This document shows positions 52,901 to 64,000 of a stretch of DNA of 64,000 bases, piece by piece. The stretch is taken from positions 1,240,001-1,304,000 of the forward strand of contig CM114271.1 in NCBI GenBank assembly GCA_050084515.1. Direction: 5' to 3'. Within the stretch, counting starts at the first letter, position 1. The number at the start of each line of letters is the position of its first letter. Source of the DNA: Blasia pusilla (taxonomy: Eukaryota). A program made the position numbers and the translations under genes. Below the pieces are notes generated by a model. That model was not told where the DNA came from and made no database searches. It saw nothing but the letters and a program-made list of their open reading frames with translations.

Positions 52901-55732
52901 TTTACGAACGATGCCTCTTCATGATGATGAGCTTATTGGATTACACATACTAGCTTCAAACAAGTATGCGACCTCTTTTTTTCTCTAAATTTGTCATTTG
53001 AAAAACTAAATTTTTTATAGGATATTTGGATACATACATCATATATACATATATCTATAAGTATTAAGACTAATACAAAGGTGAAGTATTAAAATGGATT
53101 ACAAAGTAATAATACTAACATGAGGGTGTTACAAACTTACAATACTAACATGAAAATTATTATAATATTAAGACTAACAAGAAGGTGAAGTATTAAGACT
53201 AACACGAGGGTGGCACAATTCTAACATAAGGGTGATCATACCAACACATGTAAAATATTAACGTGCACACAAGTTGGAACATATCTCCATATGAATCATA
53301 GGGAAATGCACGTCCCATGTGATATCAAACATTATGAGAGTTTTGCACTCAGTGTGAAGTTACCAATGTAAGGAAAAACCTAACACAAGAATAAATATTT
53401 ACAAATAAGATTATAACAAATATATGTACCTCTATATGCAAACCCATGTATAATTGAAATAAATGTGAGTCATTTGGAGAGGATTTTAGAAGAGGAGAGG
53501 GATTTTCCACTTTAATAAGCAAATTAGGGGACTTTTAGTAGAATATAGGGTAAAAAATTATTTATTTATTTATACCAAAAGAAGAAAGGGAAGCATGGAA
53601 GGGTTAGGGGAGGGGCCCAAGAGGATTGGTATATTTTAGCTTAATTAGAAAGAGATTTACACATTAGAGATTAAGAAGGGGATTAAGGGATGCAAGCTAG
53701 TTTTTCTAGGACGAAGGGATTCTTTTAGAATGATATAAGGAAGGCAAAGGCATAAGGGTTAAATTTCTTCTACATCTAGGAGTGAAGAATCAAAAGGTTT
53801 TTTTAATCTATTTGTTGAAATGAATAGACGAGGATTGGAGACTCCAATGAAAAGGTCAAACATATGATTTTAAGAACATTAAATAGATGTAAAGAACAAA
53901 TTTTGGATTTTTAAAAAAAATTTGCTCTATGGGAAAACAAACTAGTTCAAATAAAACTACAATTGAAATATTTGCTTGAAATTAAAAAAATTGAAACATT
54001 TTTTTTAATCTTATTGAAGAATGATCATTCTTTATCGAGGTTATGATTTGGTAGATTCTCATATGTCTCTAATGAGATGAAAATATACAAAAGTGTTGAA
54101 GAAATTTGTTTGAATCATAGGATTTTTAGAGGTGAATTTCATTATGTCAATAATAACATCTTCTAAATGATATAAATTTTACATTTATACTCTTATGAAG
54201 GGATTCTCTAATAATAATTATTAGAGCAGGGTTTAGAAAAATATCCAATGATACTTCCTTTACTCTAGTTTACTTCTCAACTTGTCATATTCCAATCTAA
54301 ATTCAATTGGATGCACAATATTTTGAACCAACTTGATTTAAACTAAGCACTTGACAAATCTTCATAATTCAATTCATTTTGTATGACAACCTCTTACGTT
54401 CTCTTCATCAAAATTGAGTGTGGATTATGCTAAATCTAAGTTCTTGTGCACTCCTACTTTGTAATTATAATATAACTTTGTGACAACTAAAAATTCCTCA
54501 CACATGCTATATGTGCCAATATACCTTATGACTCAATTTCTCAATTCACTCATATGATTATTTATACTTTCGATGAGGTATCTTTTGAATTCCGGTTGTA
54601 AATAATCTAACCATATTCCACACTAGATTTCCCTCTAAATCTTATTCATAACTTATGTTGGAATTCTATTTATACTTTTACATATTGGATTTTTTATTTT
54701 ATTTATGATTATACTTTATTAGTTTACACTGATGGGTTTCTTCTACAATTTTTTCTTAGTACTTAATTATACTTTTCTGTTGGAACTTTATTATGTGTTT
54801 ACCATTATAAATAACGCGTTCAGTTTCACTCTAGATTTTTTCACCCTTATTCCTTTTTCATTGCAATTACACTTTTATGCTATAGTTTTTTTCTCTTGAA
54901 ATCATACGAGTAGATTTTTCCCTTGTATATTTCTAAAATTTATATCCATCCAATTGAAAGTCCATACACTAAGCTTCATTTTCCACTTCATACTTTAGTA
55001 TTTTTTTCAAAATTAATATCTTATCTTAAAATGGCTCATAAATATTAAAAACAAAATTTAAAGTTCGATCTTATTGTAATCTTCTTGATAAGATTTCTTC
55101 CAAGGTTTGGTTTTTAATATCAATAAAACTCGTCTATGTGGAATACTCACAAGATCTCCCTCCAATTTTTTTATAATGTAAGTATTTATATTTATGATCA
55201 AAACACTTCAAATGGATATTGAAGGATAGTAATATTCTTTTGAAAATTTCTTATAGCCGATTTTATGGAAATTTATTAGAGTCCCCTTATTACTAAGAAA
55301 AAAACATGCACTTATTCCATTATGCTCAATCATGTTCCTTATGAGCTTTTCCATGATCGATATCATACCACTTTAACATGCATACTTAAATTTATAAATA
55401 AATTTTAATCATCCAATACATGTAATAAAGTGATCAATTCAGTTTTTTTAAAAATGTGGGAGATAGTCATAAACTCTACTTCTTGTATAATTATTCCTCC
55501 ATCCCTTCTTGATACAATGATAGCCCTACAAATATGATTCCTCCTTGAGCCTTTTGAGAAGAATACTTGAATTAGGTTTGGAACCGAATTAGTTGTACAT
55601 CCTACAATTTATAAGGTGTCTATCTCGAAGAGATTGACATCCTGAATTTCAATATCAAGTACCTTTCCCAAATTGTACACAAGGTCTTAAGGTAGGATAA
55701 GATTGTACAAAAATAAACTTGTATGTCGATGA

Positions 55733-57607
55733 TCTTGAAGATAAAGTTATAGTCAAAATCATTGGATACACAAACTACTACATTTGGTACACACACGAAG
55801 CTAGTAGAAAAGTTTAATTTTGCTTATTTAGTTAAGCATGATTATCTTAACTAAGGTTCGTCAATCATAACTAGTATAACTCAAGATTATGGTTAAAGAA
55901 GGATAAGGGTTACTTATACATATCTTGTATAATTGAGAAAGGGACCAACCTTCACTCCTTCTCTCATTGCAAAATTTTGTTCATTGTGGTGATGTATGTC
56001 TGTGAGAGCCATATTCCATCAATTACGATTATTTAACAATTTTTTTCGTGTTATCAGAGCGTTAGGAGAGCATCAATTGAAATTTTTGGTATTTTAGGAG
56101 AGAAGAGAAGCAAAAGAAGGCGAAATTTCAATTTGGGACAATGAAATTTCAATCATAACTCAATGGTAGAAGATTTCACATGGAGCTATGACGGTGTTAA
56201 AACCTTAGAAGCATTTTGTAGGGATTTTCTGGTTGATTCAGCAATCTGGATTCGCATTGATAAAAATGATGTCAAGTTCTTATTTGGACCATCTTTTAGA
56301 TCTCTTTGAAAGCTTTCCAAGGAGTTCAAGATAATTTGATTATGATATTGTGAGCTCATATAATAGAAATTTCAATGTAAGAAAGTACAATTAGTGAAGG
56401 AAAGTTATGTAATTTGCTTTCTATAAGCCTATTTTGACTATATTTTCTATACAAATGTTCAATTTTGGAAAATTTCAGGTCAATTTTTGCATGGGAATGG
56501 TCTATGCCTTAATTGAAGCAGCGAATAATCTCAAAATTATGATTTTTGAGTAAAATTTTTCTTCATGGATTCCTCAACAACAATCATCGGCGAGAAGCTA
56601 AATAAGAAGAATTACAATGTATGGAAGTTTGGCATGAAAAAATTTCTCTTGGATCAAGATCTATGATAGCTTGTTACAAGAGATGAAATCAAACCACAAT
56701 GTGACTCAATAGACTTGACTGTTCGGGCTTGGAATAAAAGCGTAAGATAGGTAATCCCCTACATATCAATGATGATTAGTTCGGCAATGATTGGTCACAT
56801 TTAAGATGTTGATATTCCGAAGAAGGTATGGGATGCATTGGAAAAACTAGTTCATAAATTTATAATTGCCACAAAGGCTTCAATTGAAACAACAATGAAA
56901 TGAAGGGAGGAAAGGATCGTAAAACATCAATGACTATGTCTTGAGTATCAAACATATTTTTGATCACTTGAATAGCATTGGAGTAACTATAGAAGATGAT
57001 GATCTAATTTTGTTTGTTCTTCACGGCCTTCCGAAAGATTACAAGTCTTTTGAGATCTCTATCTTTATGAGAGAGAAGTATCCAACCTTTCAAGATTTTG
57101 TCTCACTACTAATTAGTGAGGAGACGCGCCTAGTCACCAACACTAACTCATTTAGTATGCAAGAGATTTCCCTATTTGTAAGTAATGGATCAAACATGGG
57201 TAGAGGTCATGGTAGAAGCTTTCGTGGTCATGGTGGATATCAAGCATATGGATAAAGAGGCACTCAACATAACTTCGCTCACTCAACTATAAACCACTAC
57301 TAGACATAATCACAAGGTGATGATGGTGAAAATCGTTGGGGTCAAGATCACCAACAGAAGTTGGAAAGCTTAATCTTGATTAGTTAGTTAAACACGACTA
57401 TCTTAAATAGGGTTATTTAACCACAATTAGTATAACTCGAGACTATGGTTGGGATTAGGGTTAGGGTTACTTACACATACCCTATGTAATTGAAGAGAGG
57501 ACCAACCTCCACTTATTCTCTCATCGTAAAATTTCATTTTTCATGATGGTGTGTATCACTGAAAGTCGCATCCCATCAATTATGCTTCCTTAGCAGTTTT
57601 TTTTACA
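55733..57607 (+). mobile_element. Internally deleted Copia (LTR, PBS, decayed gag, partial LTR), same family as 32548-38750
   Basis: LTR ~55733-56048, PBS-like TGTTATCAGAGC at 56049-56060, gag ~56565-57355 (ORF 56941-57255), jumps into LTR sequence at ~57363. Confidence 0.85.
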
Positions 57608-57762
57608 ATGGGACGGATATGCCAAACCAGTCTCTTGACCAGGTTTTAGGGTTTAGGATTTAAGAATCTCCGCACATGCTCAAGATGCGAGAACATGTGC
57701 AGCTCAAATTAAGGGTGGAAGGTAGGGACCGAATGGATATGAGGGGTGAAGCAAGCCTATAT

Positions 57763-58793
57763 TTTCGTGCGCCTACTCTCCTTGAACGTTAATCTTGTTT
57801 GTTGCGGAAGCGTGCGTTCAGTAGGTCACGCTCTCAACTCTTATCTGCATCCAAACACGCACTTTGGTTAGTCGGATCTTGGATCAATCAGCGAGATTAC
57901 TTTCTGAGTTCTCGTCTCGGACTCTCATCAAGCTCAACCTTCCTAGTTTCGCGGTTTACAACACGGGAAAATCTTGAAAGACTTGGGACAAACTTTGTGG
58001 TTGGTTCAGGAACCTGAAACGGCGTTTTGCGCCTGGCGGTTTCAACTGTCCGATGGACATCCAATGAGTTCCTCACCAAGACTCGCACGAAGTGAATCTC
58101 GGGTTGGAATCCAAGTGTGGCGTACAAAGTCCACTCCCTTGGATCAGGTTTGGGTTTCGAGTTCCCACGCCAAACTCCCGTTCCATCCCGTGCCTCTGAA
58201 ACGCCGTTTGGCGCCCAAAGTGGGGATTCGTGTTTCGAGACATCTTGGAGAGACTCCTCCCTTACTAGTACTTCTGGGGATCTCTGGGGGCCCCCTACAT
58301 TTAGGGAAAGACACCCGGGCCTCTCCAATTGGCCCTCAACCCGATTGCTCTCTCAATCGTTTTCGGCCAATATCTTAGCATATACTTATGATTTTTCTGA
58401 GATTGATGGTGCGTTGGAAGCGTCTCAAGATAAGCTTTCCAACGCGCCCTTATTTGTTCCAAACGCATCTTGGAGCTCAATGTTATGGTCCTAAACACAG
58501 TCTGATTCTCCCAAACGCTAGTCGTGTTCCAAACTGGTTCTCACCTCTTTGGCAACCAACCTCCCAAGACTCAACTCATCTCAAGTCTTGGCTTGCGTTT
58601 GGTCTAGGTTTCCTGGTTACGACCACTAACGCATGAAACGCACAACTCTGTTCCGCGTTTCGTCTCTTAGACTTTTCCAAGAGACTTTTCCAAACGCCTC
58701 TCCAAAGCGCAAACCTTGTACCGTGAGTTCACTTGAGTTCTGATGTTTCGCTTGGTGCCTATTTGGTGTTGTTTGGTTATGAGGGTCGCGACA
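57763..58793 (-). mobile_element. Solo LTR of the chromovirus family
   Basis: Similar to 29195-30221 and 41798-42795, TSD TATAT at 57758-57762 and 58794-58798. Confidence 0.92.
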
Positions 58794-60189
58794 TATATGG
58801 GCCATGCGTGGGCTTGGTACATGACATGCATGCTCGACGTTTAGTGGCAGGAACCGAAAATAGATCATTGGATTGGGGTGCAGGTTGGTCGAGCTTGAGT
58901 CTATATTGCGGGCAGGGCGCACTTGGGTGCAAGAGACAAGAATTTGAGCCCGCACACAAATGTTCAAGTGAAACCTTGCTATTGGATCTTCTATCAACCC
59001 TTTACTTATCTCCCCAAATCACAAACGCTATGTGTCATAGAGATGTACTTTCTCCTTCTATTTGCTAGCCTCGTAAAGAGTATCCCACCTTCAGCTTGGA
59101 AGTTGAAGAATTGGATTAGATCATTGAGACCAAATTAGTTGGGCACTCCACGTGGAAGACTTAGTGAAATGGTCGCATGATCTTGATTGCCAAGTCTTAC
59201 GAGATGCATATAGTCTACCTAGGGATCCTCCTAGCACTTCCCTTGACCCATCTCTACTTGTCGCTCACTGAAATCATAGAGCATTGCAACTAATTCCTTG
59301 AGGTTTATTCTAAATTTTCTTATATCTCACAACCCAAAATATGACCAAACACAAAATGTGGTTGACTTTAACTCCAATAAGTGAGCAAATAAGAAGGGAG
59401 ATCAAGTGTCCCCCCGTCCCCCAAGATACTTCTAGAGTTTTCATGTCTTATCTCTTTCATAAGTACCTTCCTTGGGCCCACATTTGTGGCTCTGAACTCA
59501 AATATGGATATGGACACCCAACTCCAAAATTGACTGATCTTTATTCATGCCTTTGGCATTTCAGGGTTATTCTTTTCACCATTTGCATTTCATAACTAGT
59601 CTTTTATGATGCCATTGCCCATCTTGACTACTATAGACTTCCAATTTACTCATCCTTGACTCAAAACTCATCTCAAGACTTACCCATCCATATCGGTTTG
59701 TATGTATGTGTGTCGATGGTTCTCCCTTTTCTTTTAAGAGTTGTCTCAACGTACAATTGTCTTGACCAATCTTAGCTCACAACATAATATGTTATCTTTT
59801 GGTTGATCTCAAAGCTACTCATCCATATTCAAGTTGACCCTTCCTTGACAAATCACTCCACCCATACTCCTAATAAATAGCAATGATGATACTCGTCTCT
59901 TGACTCACATACATATCTCAAATAGTCTTGAGTCTTTCAACTTGGTTTGCCAAGACTTTTATCGTCTCTCTAGTTGATCTAGGTGTGATCTTGGTGATTT
60001 CATGGTTGGTCCTTCTTTTTCTCACGATCATAAATTACCTCCCAAATATATGCTAGCTTGTGCATCTAAGACTCATTATTCGCGATCTTATGTGAGAGCT
60101 CTAAAACTAATTTCTCAAGCTGTGTCGTAAATTTTTTTCCTAGCTTACAACTTGAAACATAGCCTAATGCAGAACATGATCAATGGTTG

Positions 60190-60290
<101 letters not shown>

Positions 60291-61399
60291 ATGGAGTTCT
60301 TTTTTGCTTCCGAATTATCCACACGGGCTAGTAATTATGGCCATCAATCCAAACATGAATTATGATTTCTAAATTTCAGTTTCACTAATATTATTCATGA
60401 TGATTTGCATGAGTTGCATGATTAATCCCATCATATCTTAGCTTTAAAAACTCATTATGATACCATGCTTTGCATTTCATGCGTCTCGTAGCTAACATAG
60501 TCTCATCTTGACTGATGGTTTTGTTTTCTTCCAGTCAATTACGAGCATTGTCATCGAAAATATAGTATGAAATATTATGGAAGATATTTTCCAAAGATGT
60601 TTGTTATAATTTCACATCCTCTTTATGGAAAGAGACCATTATCCTTCCTCCCTTTGATATTCAATGTTTTTTTGCACATGTTCCTCAACTGCAATTTATC
60701 GTATGAATATCGGATACTAGTATTTATCAAACCACTTCCACTTTCTAACCCTCTTTTCCTATCATGGGCCATTGGTTAAGACTACGAGTGTACATCCCGT
60801 GCCATGTAGAGAGTGAAGGACTAACCGCACTGTATACGAACTCAATGTTTTTTTCTTACCGCCCATAATATAGGAAATATTTTATTGATGCCCAATTACC
60901 ACGTGTCAAACAAACATGTGCTTACAAATCAAGGCACTCTCCAATAATAAAATGATTAGTAAGGTGCCCTTGAGATGCATGGGAAATAAAAAGATGTTTG
61001 AAAAGCTAGTGTATAGCCCCTTAAGGGAAGAGATTAATAAATTAAATTTTTTCTTGCTGCCCATAATATGTGAAACACCAATTAAACATAGAAGACGTTA
61101 ACAAATAAAAAAAGCACTCTCCCATAATAATATAGATGATTACATTTAAAAATTAACAAAATGTCTAATTGGCAGAAGATATGGTTACATAGTAGTTTTT
61201 TTTGGCCAAAGGGGCCCATTAGAAGATTTATTTTACTAAAAGCGGGTCCTATAGATAGTATCTTCTTGAAGATGCCCAGGATTCGACCTTATCCTCCACG
61301 ACGGGTCCGATCCAAAATTTCGCAACAAATTTCTAGGGTAATATTAGAAATAATATCTCAAAATCTTGGGTGTCACTCGTAAAAAACCTGGATATGGTC

Positions 61400-63373
61400 T
61401 CTCTATGCGTCCATCATTAGTTACGTTACGGACAAACCTTCCATTCCCCCATCCCTATTTAAATTTAAATGAAGAAATTCATATACCCTAAACCCGTCTC
61501 CACCGGTAAATTACATACTCCACCGCTTTTATGGGTGGGAACATAACGAGTCCCGAACCCCCCGGCCCTGTCGCCGCCCCTTTGACGCGCACTTTTAAAC
61601 CCTCAAGGGACGCCGGGACGCCCAAACAGCGTCCGTTTGTAGATTGTAGAGCGATAGATAGAGAGAGAGAGCGAGCAGCGGCTAAGGACGCGAGCCGAAG
61701 CCGCCGATAGCGCGTAGGACTCGCCATTAGCCCTAATTTTGTTTTGTTTTTGGTTTGGTTTTTTTCCTACGCGCTAAGTAAGAATGGTCAGAGCACTCAC
61801 AGAGGGTCAAATCCTGTGACGCTAACGTTTCAAATCACCGCCAGCGAACACCAACCAGTATCGCGACAGTATCGGTCGCCATCCGTCCATCCAGAAAATG
61901 CCCCGAAGTGTCTACAGTAGGGTGATGCCAGATTGCGATTTCTTGCGTGTAACGGAATCAATCCCCCTACGGGCCTACGGCCCCGGCCCGATAGAAACTG
62001 ACCGGCGGAAAAAGTATCCCGCATACGAAATTCGCGAGATACTGACACGTAGCTAACAGCTGGAGAACATGAGGTCTAGATGGGTTCGGTAGCAGACGAC
62101 TGGTCTGTACACATCTGGCCACAGCGAGGCCAATGATGCGCGGTCCAACCTGAGAACAAGTTTCGTTCGTCGGAGGGAGCATTTGGATGGATGGGTGTGA
62201 AATGTAACGATTCTCGGTTGCGCGCGCGGAAAGGCTCACGGTCGGAGCGAGTGGTGAAGGTGTGGCAGTGGACTGACTGACGGACTGAGTGACTGGCTAG
62301 CATTCCCGTGCCAGATAGTACAAACAGCCACTCTAAGTTTAACCCGTGGTAGAATAGGTGAGGTACGTTTACAGGGTCTGTACGGACTCCTTATTGACCC
62401 GCCCGCGCCCTCGCCCTGAGGATGGAGAAGAGTAACGTCCCCGTCTCCCTTCTTCCCTCGCCTACGTTCATCCCTCAACTACCCGCGGCAACTACAAGAG
62501 CGCTGGCGCCCCCTCCTCTCAGACGCAGTCTGCCATTCGTTCTCTCCACCTCAATCGATCAAGCATCCGCTCGGAGTGCGTTCGTGTGTGGAGCTCAAAG
62601 AGAGAAGAGTTATCGTGTCGCCAACCCTCAAGGAGCGCTCTGGTGTTTCTGGTGTGTCGGCTTACGGACGCGAAGCTTGGCTTGGCCAGAACGTTTTGGA
62701 GAGTTGTGAACGGCCTCTGCCGTTTGAGGGCCGCGGGTCTCTCAATTTCGATCTGTTCTCGAGTGGGAGAAGGTGATCACCACGACGACCGCTAGGGGCA
62801 GAGATTTAGTAAGTAATTACGGGGTCGGGACGATCTTTGGGCGTCGGTGTCGATGTCGGTGTCGTTTGTAGTGTTTCGCGTCTGGATCTTTTCCTCATTT
62901 AGAACAGTGCATGGACCGAGATCGGAGTTCAACTGCTGTCTAGGTTGTTCGAGTTTTTGATGTATCCCTACTCGTTCTGAATCGGATTTGGTCTGCATCT
63001 GTTATTCCCGCTTTGTTCATAGTGTTCGCCTCAGTTATTTTTCTAAATCTGTGCTCCGCCCCCTCATGATTCTCAGTAGACGCTAGGAATACTGGACAGT
63101 TACTATTCTCTGCTACTTCGACCGGTCTCTCGTCCTTTTAGGCGAATGTGCGTAGTTAGTCTAAGTAACTGTCCCTGAAATGCCGTTAGTAAATTGAATT
63201 CTCTGTGAGCGAGTAGTGTGTGGCCCCGGGGTGCCAACAGGTTGCCATTCCTAATTGACCCTCCTTGATGACGCTATTTGGTGGATTTAGTTTGGACAGT
63301 CCCACTCTCACTCTCATTCTAGATCCTTCTCTCAAATTTGGTTCTGATGTCTCTCTTCTCTCCGATCTCTCAG
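61400..63373 (+). promoter_or_regulatory. CpG-rich promoter, first leader exon(s) and leader intron of the SAMDC gene
   Basis: Shift to GC/CpG-rich unique sequence, candidate donor GTAAGT at 62809, pyrimidine tract and CAG acceptor ending 63373. TSS not determined. Confidence 0.5.
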
Positions 63374-63382
63374 AAGGCCTTA

Positions 63383-63391
63383 ATGTTATAA
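63383..63391 (+). CDS. Tiny uORF (Met-Leu-stop) overlapping the small uORF by 1 nt
   Basis: ATG TTA TAA, whose last A is the A of the next ATG. This is the known plant SAMDC leader layout. Confidence 0.85.
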   Translation: ML

Positions 63392-63743
63392 TGGAGGCTA
63401 AAGGAGGTGACAAGAAGAATTGCAGCCGTAGTCCTTGGCAATACGAGAGTCCCCTCGGATACGTTGTGGAGGACGTCCGACCTCTCGGTGGTGTTGAGAA
63501 GTTCAGAAGTGCTGCATACTCTAACGTAAGTGCAAGTGACTTTGAGCCGTAAAATTGTGACATTGTGAAGTTTTGGATGCAACGTAAATTTAATGATTTT
63601 CCGCTGTAGTCAAATGCGGATTGTGATGTTTTCGTCATTTACGCCTCGTTACTGCGAATTCACATTCATATAACCTATGACATAACGCTTAACATGTTCA
63701 CCTGTCTCGTGATAATGTGCAGTGCGTGAGGAAGCCATCCTGA
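63391..63743 (+). CDS. Conserved peptide uORF (small uORF) of S-adenosylmethionine decarboxylase, 51 aa, two exons (63391-63525, 63723-63743)
   Basis: MEAKGGDKK...YESPLGYVVEDVRPLGGVEKFRSAAYSN|CVRKPS* matches the plant AdoMetDC leader peptide. GTAAGT...TGCAG intron at 63526-63722. Confidence 0.95.
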
Positions 63744-63934
63744 TATACGCTAAAGGAGTGCGAATAGGAGTGGTGCTGCTGCCCCCTGGAGTGGTCTGAT
63801 CTGCTGCTCGCAGCTCCCCTGCAGATCATTGCTTCATAAATTCTGTTTCCCTGCCAGTTCTCTCCCACCCCCCCACCACAAATATCAAATCCATCCTCTT
63901 AGGGCGTTCGTTAGTCGTCAACTAGATCAGCGAA

Positions 63935-64000
63935 ATGGGAGTGTGTGTTACATCCGAGTCCGGAGTTGCAATGGAGGCCCAAGCAGTGAGTCCGGGATTT
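63935..64000 (+). CDS. SAMDC: S-adenosylmethionine decarboxylase proenzyme, N-terminal 22 codons (runs off the window)
   Basis: MGVCVTSESGVAMEAQAVSPGF, downstream of the uORF pair. SPGF fits the start of the plant SAMDC GFEG motif. Call relies mainly on the uORFs. Confidence 0.8.
   Translation, partial: MGVCVTSESGVAMEAQAVSPGF

Noticed and set aside
50000-55700. Possible gene in AT-rich stretch
   Set aside because: Only short low-complexity ORFs, with no recognisable exons or domains.
63186-63638. 150-aa minus-strand ORF and the 95-aa plus ORF 63265-63552
   Set aside because: Antisense to, or an unspliced read-through of, the SAMDC uORF exon.

Overview
Eukaryotic, land-plant (moss-like, by inference) repeat-rich region. 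Positions 1-59 kb are a nest of decayed LTR retrotransposons: chromodomain Gypsy elements, Copia elements, solo LTRs, small TIR elements and a ~161-bp tandem array. The window ends in the 5' part of an S-adenosylmethionine decarboxylase gene with its overlapping tiny and small uORFs. The standout observation is two diverged, tail-to-tail copies of a Gypsy family (+ strand 1-13041; - strand 13039-21489). Both carry a DNMT3-like C5 cytosine methyltransferase catalytic domain inside pol, between the aspartic protease and the reverse transcriptase. Both copies are pseudogenised, but together they show methyltransferase motifs I to X in linear order.
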